This document shows positions 54,957 through 64,000 of a stretch of 64,000 bases of DNA, piece after piece. Under the pieces are notes generated by a model that saw only the letters and a list, made by a program, of their open reading frames with translations, was not told the origin of the DNA and ran no database searches. Each line of letters opens with the position of its first letter. The stretch's first letter is position 1. The position numbers were made by a program, and so were the translations under genes. The stretch spans positions 1 to 64,000 of IMG/VR virus record IMGVR_UViG_3300022752_000030. The stretch is one strand, 5' to 3'. The stretch comes from a virus.

Positions 54957-56216
54957 TCATCTGCCAACTTGTGGCAGATATTTTTCCTTAGTTTGATCCC
55001 AATTCAAATAGATAAGGTCATCATAGAAAAGTGTTTCATATGAAACATTATTCTTTTTTTGTAATTGTCTGATTCGACCCTTAGCATACTTGGTTTTCCA
55101 AATATTGGCAAGAGTTTCTTCACTCGTATCGAAAGATTTTACCAATTTACCTTCACCAATTTCTTTTCGTAAGAAATCATTTGTATTATTATACAATGGT
55201 GAAAAATAAATTCCTCGCTGATGTTCGGTACGAATTAAATTTTTAGGAATACCAAGCTTTGAATAAGCAAAGTTTAAAGACCTATTTTTGTGATCACGTT
55301 TGAGTGGAAGACCTTGTTGATTTTTGGCTTCCCACCATTCAAAATATTTACGGGTATGATTTTCTTTGATCCAATCAAAAACCATTCTCATAGTTTTTTT
55401 ACTCGGTTCAAAAGCAACCGAACCACTAGAAAAACCCATTTTATTCCAGTGTTCTAGACCATCATATTGAGATAAACCTCCAGACTTGGTGTTACCATAT
55501 AATGAAGTAGTTGTAACTCCAACAAGGACATCACCATATTGTTTTTTCCAATCTTTTTGTACTGTATCAGATAAACACATCAATGCCAACAACTTACCAC
55601 CCATGTAATTAAAACCTAATGGTTGCAACGGCACAATTGTGGAACCAATTGCAGTATGGTTGATCATGTGTTGTTGAGTTTTTACATCACGAGCCCATCC
55701 TATTGCATTATCTCTTGGTGTCAAATCTAGAAAATCTGAAGAAATACAAATAACACCAAGATATTTTCCTGTCACTTCATCAGTAAGAGTGTAAAATAAA
55801 TTACGACCAATATTCGAATTATTCTTCATTGTTGAAGAAAATGTACGTATAGCATTCCATGTTTCCGCAAGTGGTCCGTTTGATAAGACCATAACCGGTT
55901 TTAATTTTTCAAAATCATCAGGTTCTTGTGGCATCCAAAAGTTTGATTTAACTTTCTGTATTAGTTTTTCTTGTTCTGTACTTTCCATCTGAAGTTCACT
56001 ACCAAAAAGAGTAGATACTTCTTTGACTGGGTACCGTTCTTTAACCTCACACCATTTTTGATATAACGTGTATTCACGAACATCCATTTTTGATGCGTAT
56101 GTTAAATCTTCAATGAGGATTTTTTTCATTGATTCCTCATCGATATGTTCAAACGAGCTGTTCTTTTCAGACCACTCTTTCCATTGTTTATCAACAAACT
56201 CTATCGGTGTTGCCAT
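54957..56216 (-). CDS. DUF4338 (DruA-like) protein, second paralog
   Basis: GRNL, LGVICISSDF..L.PRD..IGW, VPLQPLGFNYMGGKLLA, TTTSLYG..SQYDGL. Confidence 0.8.
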   Translation of the reverse strand: MATPIEFVDKQWKEWSEKNSSFEHIDEESMKKILIEDLTYASKMDVREYTLYQKWCEVKERYPVKEVSTLFGSELQMESTEQEKLIQKVKSNFWMPQEPDDFEKLKPVMVLSNGPLAETWNAIRTFSSTMKNNSNIGRNLFYTLTDEVTGKYLGVICISSDFLDLTPRDNAIGWARDVKTQQHMINHTAIGSTIVPLQPLGFNYMGGKLLALMCLSDTVQKDWKKQYGDVLVGVTTTSLYGNTKSGGLSQYDGLEHWNKMGFSSGSVAFEPSKKTMRMVFDWIKENHTRKYFEWWEAKNQQGLPLKRDHKNRSLNFAYSKLGIPKNLIRTEHQRGIYFSPLYNNTNDFLRKEIGEGKLVKSFDTSEETLANIWKTKYAKGRIRQLQKKNNVSYETLFYDDLIYLNWDQTKEKYLPQVGR

Positions 56217-56230
56217 TATATAAATTCCAT

Positions 56231-57949
56231 TTATTTTGCAATTTGCGAGAAATTATTCTTTTTCTCAAATTTAATTATGCTTCTAAATTTATCAAACAAT
56301 TGATCACCTTTGTGTGATATAACAAATACATTTGTATCTTGTCCCATTTCATGAATTAATTTTAAAAATTCTTCTGTACCAACTGTGTCTAAGCTTGAAT
56401 CAAAAACCTCATCCAAAATTAACAAGTTTGTATTTGTAGAGTTTTTGAGTTTTGCAATTTGACGCCATGTAAACAATAACGCCAAATCAATACGCATCTT
56501 TTCACCTTCTGAAAAATTAGCATAGGAAAATTCATCACGGTGACGACTCTTGATAGTTTCTTCAAAGTTTTCATTGATATTGAAATTAACAAAAAAGTCC
56601 ATTGCAGACAAATATTTGTTAATTAACTTGTTCATTATAGGCAAGTACTGTTTGATAATTTTAGTTTTGATGCCGGTATCTTTTAATAAAGATGAAGCAA
56701 ATTCATAATAGTGTTTTTGTATAGAAAGTTCTTCTTGAGATTTTTGTAATGATACTAAATCAATTTTTAATTGTTTAAGTTTTTCATTTTCTTCTTCAAG
56801 GTTATCTTTGCGATTTGACAATTCTCTAATTTCTTCATTCAACTTTGAAACATATTTCGTTATAGCTGTCATTGTTGACTGATGTTTAATGATTTCATTA
56901 TTGTGTTCATTTATATGTGTAATGATATCATTAATTGTTTTTATTTGTTTTGAAATTTTATCAAGCTCTTGCGTAATTTCCTCAAGACCCTTTTTCTGAT
57001 TATCGACTTTTTCTTTTCGTTCTCTAATTTGTTCTTCTCTGAAGTGTTCTTCGATGTGTTGTTTACAGGTTGGGCAATTATCATTTTGTTCATAAAATTC
57101 AATATCTTTTTCGTTCTTTTTAATGTTACTTTCAACTTTGGCTTCAATCTGAAAAAGTTTTTTGGATTTTTTATTTAAAGAATCTTTATTATTTCCAATT
57201 TTATTCTGCAATACAGATATATGTTTAGAAATCAATTCAACATCATAAATTAAATTGTTTAACTGTTCATTCGATTTTTCAATCTCATCTTTCTTTCTCT
57301 GAATTTCAGCATCATTATGTTTCTTATGTTCTTCAATATTTTGTTTCTGTAAATTAATTTTTTCTTCAGTTAAATTAACTTCATATTTAATTTTTGTTGT
57401 AGTATCTTTAAGTGTAGATACTCGATCCTTCAACAAAGAATTCATTGAAGAAAAAATTTGAATGTCTAGTAAATCTTCAATAATAGTTCTTCTATCTGAA
57501 GCCGATAATTGCATGAAAGGAACAAAAGATGCTGATCCTAATATAACAACTTGTGTGAAAGATTTATAGTTTAATTTAAGAATATTTTTTTCTAATACTT
57601 CTTGATAATCTTTAGATGCAGCGTCTTGATTAATTAAGATATCGTTTTGATATATTTCAAAGATATTTGGTTTGATGCCACGTATGACTTTATATCTTTT
57701 TTGACCGATATTGAATTCAATTTCAACCACACAATCACGCTGATTGATAGAATTTAATAAATTGGGTTTATTGATTTTTCGAAAAGGTTTACCAAACAAA
57801 CCGAAACATAGTGCATCCAAAATAGTACTTTTTCCTGCACCATTTTGTCCGATAATTAGTGTGTTAGTTGATTTGGTTAAGTTTATTTCCGTAAAAGAAT
57901 TACCAGTCGATAATAAATTACGCCATCTTACTTTTTGAAAAAGAATCAT
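56231..57949 (-). CDS. gp46: Recombination endonuclease, Rad50-like ATPase subunit
   Basis: GQNGAGKS, CPTC hook, FSEGE, LDEVFD, ISH. Confidence 0.96.
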   Translation of the reverse strand: MILFQKVRWRNLLSTGNSFTEINLTKSTNTLIIGQNGAGKSTILDALCFGLFGKPFRKINKPNLLNSINQRDCVVEIEFNIGQKRYKVIRGIKPNIFEIYQNDILINQDAASKDYQEVLEKNILKLNYKSFTQVVILGSASFVPFMQLSASDRRTIIEDLLDIQIFSSMNSLLKDRVSTLKDTTTKIKYEVNLTEEKINLQKQNIEEHKKHNDAEIQRKKDEIEKSNEQLNNLIYDVELISKHISVLQNKIGNNKDSLNKKSKKLFQIEAKVESNIKKNEKDIEFYEQNDNCPTCKQHIEEHFREEQIRERKEKVDNQKKGLEEITQELDKISKQIKTINDIITHINEHNNEIIKHQSTMTAITKYVSKLNEEIRELSNRKDNLEEENEKLKQLKIDLVSLQKSQEELSIQKHYYEFASSLLKDTGIKTKIIKQYLPIMNKLINKYLSAMDFFVNFNINENFEETIKSRHRDEFSYANFSEGEKMRIDLALLFTWRQIAKLKNSTNTNLLILDEVFDSSLDTVGTEEFLKLIHEMGQDTNVFVISHKGDQLFDKFRSIIKFEKKNNFSQIAK

Positions 57950-59029
57950 GTTTGTTCAGAATTTAAGGACTCAATATAGAGTTCTTTTAATAAAGTTTTC
58001 AACTTGTTGTTATCAATGTTATCTTCTTTAATGGAATCAACATAACCATTTAAAATCGTCAATGTGTCTTCTGCTTGATCTACCATATCATCATCAACAC
58101 CTTCTGTCAATTCGGTAAAATCTTCAGCAATAGTAATATCGATAGGATTGACATTATACAAGTTATTCATGAACTTGTCAAACAGATACGGATTTGTTTT
58201 GTTTACAACTACCACTTTAACATATGTGTTGGTATATGTTGTTAGGTCTTTTTTTGTTATTTCCGAAATTGATTCGATTTTGTCATCGTAAACAATTCGA
58301 TGAAACATCCTGTTAGGATTTTCTATAAATTCTAATTCTTTTGTTTCGATATCAAAAAGATGAAATCCTCTTTTATCATTATAATCTTGCCAAGTAAGTT
58401 CATAAGGATTACCCAAATAATAAATGCCATCAGCACTAGATTTGTGATGGTAATGACCACTAAAGGTATGTTCGAATTTACGAAATATTGATCTATCAAG
58501 GCCTTCTTCACATGGCATACCACGATACATTGCGAATCCAGCAATTTCGAAATGTCCCATGCAAATATTTGCTGATGTGTTTTTAATTTCTTGCATAGAA
58601 TTTTCATAGTTCTCTGCACAAATCCAAGGAATCATACAAACATCGTGATTTGTATCCGAATATTTCAGATGAATAGTTTGTGGTGAATCAATCACGACTA
58701 TGTTTTGGTATTCACGCAATAACAAATCAACAGAATTTACATCATTAGTATTTTTGAAATACGTATCATGGTTTCCTGCCAACATGTAAACATCTATCAA
58801 TTCTTTTTCAAGAATATCAAAGAACATTTCTTTTGTTCTTTTAAGAGAGTAAAAATTTACATATTTTCGGCGATCAAAAGTATCACCAAGAATTAAAACA
58901 GTTTTAATGTTTTGTTCTTTTAATTTTGGAAAGAAGGTGTCTCGATAAAATTTTTCGTAAAAATCTAAAAAATGAACTGAATCATTCCTCGCACCGAAAA
59001 TGCTGGTCGGTTATTACTGCTACTTTCAT
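57946..59029 (-). CDS. gp47: Recombination endonuclease, Mre11-like subunit; +1 frameshift near codon 11
   Basis: MKVAVITDQHF /shift/ GARND..LGD.FDRR..GNHD..GHF..SGHYH; one extra T at about 58997-59000. Confidence 0.9.
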
Positions 59030-59085
59030 TCCGACACCTCCTTTTTCAAAAAATAAATGTTAAAATTAAAATCAAAGAAACAATA

Positions 59086-59514
59086 TTATTGTTTTTTATT
59101 CATGATGTCACCAATTCTATTTCTAAGTTCAGTTGTGCTGAAACTGTGTTTTCTAGAATTGAAATAGACTTCCATCATTAAATTTGAACCAGTATATTGT
59201 TTACCTCTGTATTCTTCTCCTATGATTCTAACATCAATAGGATAGGATGTCAAGATATCCATCAATTCTTTTTCTGTGGCATATGGTATAATTTCATCAA
59301 CATATTTACAAGCATCAACTTGCACGTATCTTTCGAAAACGGATTGTATAGGTTTATTTTTCCATTCTCTGTCGATTGTAGGATCAGTTTGCAAACCTAC
59401 AATCAAATATTCACATTGCGTCTTTGCTTCTTTAAGCATCATTACGTGGCCCGCATGAAACAAATCAAACGCACTTGCAACAAAACCTATTTTTTTACCT
59501 TTTATGTTTGTCAT
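59086..59514 (-). CDS. Glycerol-3-phosphate cytidylyltransferase-like
   Basis: AFDLFHAGH, LIVGLQTD, ER, YVDE, R.HSFSTT.LR. Confidence 0.88.
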   Translation of the reverse strand: MTNIKGKKIGFVASAFDLFHAGHVMMLKEAKTQCEYLIVGLQTDPTIDREWKNKPIQSVFERYVQVDACKYVDEIIPYATEKELMDILTSYPIDVRIIGEEYRGKQYTGSNLMMEVYFNSRKHSFSTTELRNRIGDIMNKKQ

Positions 59515-59517
59515 CTT

Positions 59518-60057
59518 TTACTCCATGAATTTTTCAACACCCTTTGGTATCTTTAATAATTTCTTTTCTTCTTTTTTTGCATTTCTGCTCACTTCATAAG
59601 TCTCAATAAATTCTGCAATATTATCATACATTTCAAATTGTTTTGACGTACCATCTTCAAAGTCCATCATTTCAAATTCGTCTAAAACACCAACCTGTTC
59701 AGTAGCTTTGTATTTAATGTACAGTTGTTTCTTCTCTTTTTGAATTCTTCTAAGAAAAGCAAAGTAAATAATTTGAGTAAAATAAGCAAAAGGATTCTTT
59801 GATATTGTAGGATTAAAGTTATCAAAATACATCAAACAATTTTCAATACCATCAGAAATCATTTCATCTCTGTACGTATAATTAATAAAGTTTGGTTTAT
59901 GTGATAAACCTTCAGCTATTTTCATCCAACACTCACCAATATAATCCGGAATCTTCGGTGGAGGTAAATTTGATTTTTCAGCTTCAGAACAAGCGGCCTT
60001 GTACTCAACCAAAGCTTTTAAAAAATCTTCATTATTAATGTAATTTCGTTTATTCAT
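59518..60057 (-). CDS. gp55: Late transcription sigma factor
   Basis: YINNEDF, YIGEC..KIA..LS.KPNF.NY, EMISDG.ENC, NPFAYFTQI. Confidence 0.96.
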   Translation of the reverse strand: MNKRNYINNEDFLKALVEYKAACSEAEKSNLPPPKIPDYIGECWMKIAEGLSHKPNFINYTYRDEMISDGIENCLMYFDNFNPTISKNPFAYFTQIIYFAFLRRIQKEKKQLYIKYKATEQVGVLDEFEMMDFEDGTSKQFEMYDNIAEFIETYEVSRNAKKEEKKLLKIPKGVEKFME

Positions 60058-60079
60058 TCAAATATACCATAAAAAGTTG

Positions 60080-60108
60080 TTGACAAACGGCTTGACATAT
60101 CGTATAGT
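60080..60108 (+). promoter_or_regulatory. Antisense-oriented sigma70-like promoter upstream of gp55
   Basis: TTGACA(60080-85)-N17-TATAGT(60103-08) on plus strand. Confidence 0.5.
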
Positions 60109-60142
60109 TCGGTATGTAGCCCTGATGATATAAATCCATATA

Positions 60143-60505
60143 TTAATGAACTGTTATTCCTTTATAAGTTTCCAGTTCTTCTACTGCTTTTAATATTTCC
60201 ATCATTTCTTCATTTTCTTTAGAAGCTTTTTGTTCTAAGAACTCATTCATTTTTTCTACTGTATTCAAATAATATTCTTCAAACGATTCATTAGGATCGT
60301 ACATACAAAGTACATCTTCCATTTTAACAACAACATGATTTGTTTTCATTAACGATAATGGAAGCCATTGATTCATAATCAGATTGCCGTTTCTCACTTC
60401 AAATACCATTGGATTTTTTATTTCCAACATGTTTTCGTATAAAAAATAAAAACAAATAACATCAAGCCCATCTTTAAATCTTACTATCTTAATGTTGTTT
60501 TCCAT
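60143..60505 (-). CDS. Conserved hypothetical protein between uvsW and gp55
   Basis: KIVRFKDG.DVI, NP, WLP; synteny. Confidence 0.7.
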   Translation of the reverse strand: MENNIKIVRFKDGLDVICFYFLYENMLEIKNPMVFEVRNGNLIMNQWLPLSLMKTNHVVVKMEDVLCMYDPNESFEEYYLNTVEKMNEFLEQKASKENEEMMEILKAVEELETYKGITVH

Positions 60506-61982
60506 CTTTTAGTCCTATGTTATAAACTTTAAACGGGAACCTCTCCTCATTATATATCTTTACTCTTTCCACGAAATGTTGAAGTGTAAAATTCATATGT
60601 TTTTTATATCTCATATCATCAGCTATATCGTAAAGAGTTGCTTTATCTTTATTATTAGATTGTCGCAAACCTCTACCAATCGATTGCAAATTTCGCACCC
60701 TTGATTTTGACGGTGACGCAAATATAATGTTATGCAAATTCCTAATGTTGATTCCAGTAGAAAAAGTACCAAAACTAGCCACAACAATAGCTCCATTTTC
60801 ATTTTCCATTATTTTTCGTATTGATTCTCTATCTTCTGTATCTACACCGCCATGCACAAAAAAAACTTTACGACCATTTGCTTTTTCTGTAATCATATTA
60901 TATAATATTTTGCCATGTTTTTCAACCATTTGATATAATACAAGTGTATTTTTTTCTAAACTTATTGTTAAATTTCTTATAAATCTATTTCTATTTTCAT
61001 TAGATATTAAGTATTCGATTTCTTCTTGATAAGTCTTATCTTTCATATTTTCACAAGAATCGTCTGGATGTTTTAAAACTAGACATTTGATATCAAAAGA
61101 AACAAGTTGTTTTTTATCAATTAATTCTTTGGTCGTAATTACTTTTTCAACCGAACCGAACAATCCTTCTAAAACCAATTTGTGAGTTTTTGTTCCGTCA
61201 AGTGTTCCGGTTAATCCAATTCTATATTTTGTTTTATTCGCCGATGTCATTATTGTGGTCAATGACTGAGCCTTGAATAAGTGAGCTTCATCACCAATGA
61301 CGTATTCGAACTGTTCGAAATATTCTTTTGGTAGTTGGTACAGAGATTGCCAAGTTGAAATGATTAATTTTTTATCTGAATTTTTATCTCGCCCTTGATA
61401 AACTCTATGTACATTAGATTCAACGTCAAAATTATTTTCAGAAGAATAATCAACAAAGTCCGAATAAAGTTGTTCAACTAAAGACGTTGTTGGTACAATA
61501 ATTAAACCTTTTAGATTTTGAAATTCTAATAATTGTCTAAAAAGTAAGTATATTATGAGAGATTTACCTGACGCAGTTGGAGAAAGCATTAATGCTCGGC
61601 GTCTTTGTATTGCGTGTATGAACGCATTTTTTTGATGTTCTCTGACTTGTATCGGTTTACCTTGAGAATGTAGTTTTAAAGTATCTACAAATTTATTAAA
61701 ATGGTATACCGAATATTCATCTTGCAATTCTTCGTATTCGTATGTATAATTGCGTTCTGTGCAAAATTCACGGATATAATCGATGAGTCCTACGTAAATT
61801 TGATTGTTTTGTAAATTAAAAAGTCTTATGCGACCGTCCCATATTTTATTTCTATAGGCTGGGACAAATTGATATCCAGGGACAAAAAAAGTAAAATATT
61901 CTGATAATTCTTTTGCTATATGTTTTTCACAATTTATTTTAGCATAAACCTCATCAATTTTACTTATAATTAAATTATTCAT
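60489..61982 (-). CDS. uvsW: SF2 helicase UvsW
   Basis: SPTASGKS, GDEAH, TGT, QSIGRGLR. Confidence 0.96.
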   Translation of the reverse strand: MNNLIISKIDEVYAKINCEKHIAKELSEYFTFFVPGYQFVPAYRNKIWDGRIRLFNLQNNQIYVGLIDYIREFCTERNYTYEYEELQDEYSVYHFNKFVDTLKLHSQGKPIQVREHQKNAFIHAIQRRRALMLSPTASGKSLIIYLLFRQLLEFQNLKGLIIVPTTSLVEQLYSDFVDYSSENNFDVESNVHRVYQGRDKNSDKKLIISTWQSLYQLPKEYFEQFEYVIGDEAHLFKAQSLTTIMTSANKTKYRIGLTGTLDGTKTHKLVLEGLFGSVEKVITTKELIDKKQLVSFDIKCLVLKHPDDSCENMKDKTYQEEIEYLISNENRNRFIRNLTISLEKNTLVLYQMVEKHGKILYNMITEKANGRKVFFVHGGVDTEDRESIRKIMENENGAIVVASFGTFSTGINIRNLHNIIFASPSKSRVRNLQSIGRGLRQSNNKDKATLYDIADDMRYKKHMNFTLQHFVERVKIYNEERFPFKVYNIGLKDGKQH

Positions 61983-62134
61983 TTAAACTTTTCTTTATCA
62001 ATTCACTTATTTTCTTTTTATAATCAGGATTTTGCCAGTTTTTTTTTATTTTTTCTGATCTTTTTTTTGATCCTTGTTTTTGTTTTTCGGTCCTTTCAAC
62101 ACCTTTAAGTAAAGATTTAGGACTAATTGCTAAG
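61975..62134 (-). pseudogene. Start-less basic fragment resembling a homing-endonuclease DNA-binding tail
   Basis: Open frame ..KKRSEKIKKNWQNPDYKKKISE.. without ATG. Confidence 0.45.
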
Positions 62135-62569
62135 TTACATACCTCCTATAAATTTTTCATAATCAATAAATGACCTGAGTTGCCATGTTCTTTGTTTCAA
62201 TTCAGACATAATAGATTCAATTACAGAAATTACTTCTTCGTGATATATTTTTTTCTCAAGTAATTTGATTAAATCTTTATCTGCTTCTAAGTATGTATTG
62301 ATATCGGATTTCAAAGCAAATTGAAATTGTTCCCATCCGTATTCATCAAGTTCTTCTTGGGACATTTTACCTGTGTAATATTCCCATTTAATTTTTCTGA
62401 TGCGTAGATAATCAAAATGTGCTTTCTTTGAAGCAATTTTGTGTTTCGTGAGTATACCCAAATATTTACTGTGATAAGTGGGTATTTTTAAAAGTTCTTT
62501 GCTTGGTTCGGTTTGATCGATAACCGAATCAGATTCCCACATTTTTAAAATTTGTTCAAGTGTTTCCAT
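62135..62569 (-). CDS. uvsY: Recombination mediator UvsY
   Basis: W..DS.ID, P..HSKYL, YY.G, YLEADKD; promoter TTGACA-N17-TATTAT upstream. Confidence 0.9.
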   Translation of the reverse strand: METLEQILKMWESDSVIDQTEPSKELLKIPTYHSKYLGILTKHKIASKKAHFDYLRIRKIKWEYYTGKMSQEELDEYGWEQFQFALKSDINTYLEADKDLIKLLEKKIYHEEVISVIESIMSELKQRTWQLRSFIDYEKFIGGM

Positions 62570-62640
62570 AATAATTAAAAATTAAATCAAAATAACATAA
62601 TAACACAAATCAGTTATAATGTCAATATAAAATATTAAAT

Positions 62641-63153
62641 TTATACCGTAATTACTTTATAATAGTCATATCGAAATGTTGCTCTTGCGGTGATAATAGT
62701 GTCTGCTGATAAAGTGGTATCAAAATTAATATCTGTAATGGTTGTGGGAAATGCATTTATAAATTGTATTCTAGCTACAGGGTTGTTTAATGCAGATAGA
62801 ATTGTCAGGTTTGCGTCCGACAGATTTTTATTAGTTTTATCTAATGACGTGTCGTAACGTTTCTCAAAACCCTCTGGTGATGCTATGGACGTGAACCAAT
62901 CGTGTAGATTTTTCCATCCAACTAATGCTTCATCGATAATGAAAGAAACTTCTAATGCATTGTATGTTAATTTTGTGCCGGGTGAATATGTGTCAATAAA
63001 AGGAGTTGATCTTGTAATTTCTTGCAATGAAAAGCCTGGTAAATTCACAGATTGACAAAAATATTGTACTGCACCTATTCTATTAAATGTTAATAGAAAT
63101 TTTGTTGGTTGTAAAATATTTGTATTTTGAGGATTTCTATTTAGAACAGACAT
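62641..63153 (-). CDS. gp3: Tail completion / sheath stabilizer
   Basis: N.LQPTKF, YFCQSVNLPG, PG.KL.Y, F.IDE, SDA.L; synteny with gp23 and uvsY. Confidence 0.85.
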   Translation of the reverse strand: MSVLNRNPQNTNILQPTKFLLTFNRIGAVQYFCQSVNLPGFSLQEITRSTPFIDTYSPGTKLTYNALEVSFIIDEALVGWKNLHDWFTSIASPEGFEKRYDTSLDKTNKNLSDANLTILSALNNPVARIQFINAFPTTITDINFDTTLSADTIITARATFRYDYYKVITV

Positions 63154-63185
63154 TTAATTCTCCTTTGTTTACTATTTAGGAGACA

Positions 63186-63212
63186 AAAAAAGAGGACACC
63201 TAAGTGTCCTCT
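63186..63212 (-). terminator. Terminator after gp23
   Basis: AGAGGACAC-CTAA-GTGTCCTCT stem followed by U tract on minus strand. Confidence 0.8.
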
Positions 63213-63254
63213 CTTAAATGTCACTCTTAACGGTGACTTAATCAATCAAATTGA

Positions 63255-64000
63255 TTACATCAAGTTACGTACACCGAAAATACGGTAGTAAACGTTGCTA
63301 CGTGCGTTCAATGCACCGTTGCCAGTTGTAAGACCTGTAGCGAATGGGTTTGCAACCATGCCGTAACGAGTCTTGAATCCAATTTTTGGTTGGAATGTGA
63401 ACTGGTCAACTGCACGAACCATTTGCAATGGAACGTATGGGCAGTAGAACAAACCAGCATCATATGGTGATGTACCCTTGTAGCCTACAGTTACCAATTC
63501 TTGGTTGGATGTGTAACCACCAAAATATGGATCGATGTAAACTTTGATACGACCGTGCAACATACCAGCAAATGTATTGCCTGTATCGTCAATTTGCAAA
63601 TCAGATTGCAAAGCAGGTGTATAAGAAAGAACACCAGCCATAGCCATAGCGGAAGCAACGTCTGAAGAAACGATCAAAACGTTACCTTTACCTCTACGTG
63701 TTTGTTTTGCAATAACGTTAGCATCACGTTCGATTTGGAAAATCAAACCTTTGAAACGTTCTACAGACCAACGACCGTTAGAGTCGGTGTCTAAATCGAA
63801 AGTACCTTGTGTAGTTGTACCATACATAGCACCTTTAACAGCACATGTGTAAATTGTACGAATAACTTCACGGTTAATTTCAGCCAAAATTTCTGTAGAA
63901 AGAATGTTTGACAACTCTGTTTCAGCGTCAAGACCGTGAACTGCTTTCAAGTCTTGTGCAAGTTCAAGAGAGTACTCTGCTTTCAAAGCACGTGATTGTG
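63255..64000 (-). CDS. gp23: Major capsid protein (5' truncated by window end)
   Basis: KAEYSLELAQDLKAVHGLDAE, RRGKGN, FYCPYVPL, FQPKIGFKTRYG. Confidence 0.98.
   Translation of the reverse strand, partial: QSRALKAEYSLELAQDLKAVHGLDAETELSNILSTEILAEINREVIRTIYTCAVKGAMYGTTTQGTFDLDTDSNGRWSVERFKGLIFQIERDANVIAKQTRRGKGNVLIVSSDVASAMAMAGVLSYTPALQSDLQIDDTGNTFAGMLHGRIKVYIDPYFGGYTSNQELVTVGYKGTSPYDAGLFYCPYVPLQMVRAVDQFTFQPKIGFKTRYGMVANPFATGLTTGNGALNARSNVYYRIFGVRNLM

Overview
64 kb of a large, AT-rich T4-like (Tevenvirinae-like) myophage genome, almost entirely coded on the minus strand. The host is probably a Gram-negative betaproteobacterium, inferred from the GH19 endolysin plus spanins and a Burkholderiales-like tRNA-Ala. 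Reading from the right end: major capsid gp23 (partial), gp3, uvsY, uvsW, gp55, gp47 (frameshifted)/gp46, gp45/44/62, regA, hsp20, a 17-tRNA array interrupted by a subtilase, a DNA polymerase gp43 split in two by an HNH gene, uvsX, gp41, a late glycosylation/phospho-sugar cluster, a block of predicted capsid-internal proteins, lysis genes with an exported-protein module, primase, nrdA/nrdB, RNase H and a CobT-like gene (partial). Most notable: (1) six genes carry a T4 capsid-targeting-like N-terminus (MKxFxxF/L/HxxE10); their cargo includes a ligase-like nucleotidyltransferase, an NMNAT/cytidylyltransferase-P-loop fusion and a PD-(D/E)xK nuclease, suggesting an injected enzyme kit. (2) The two halves of gp43 have charge-complementary helical extensions, and the intervening HNH gene has a late-promoter/RBS-sequestering hairpin. 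(3) Two DUF4338/DruA-like paralogs occur with two paralogous nucleases, a possible modification-restriction pair. All family assignments are from motif recognition only; no searches were run.
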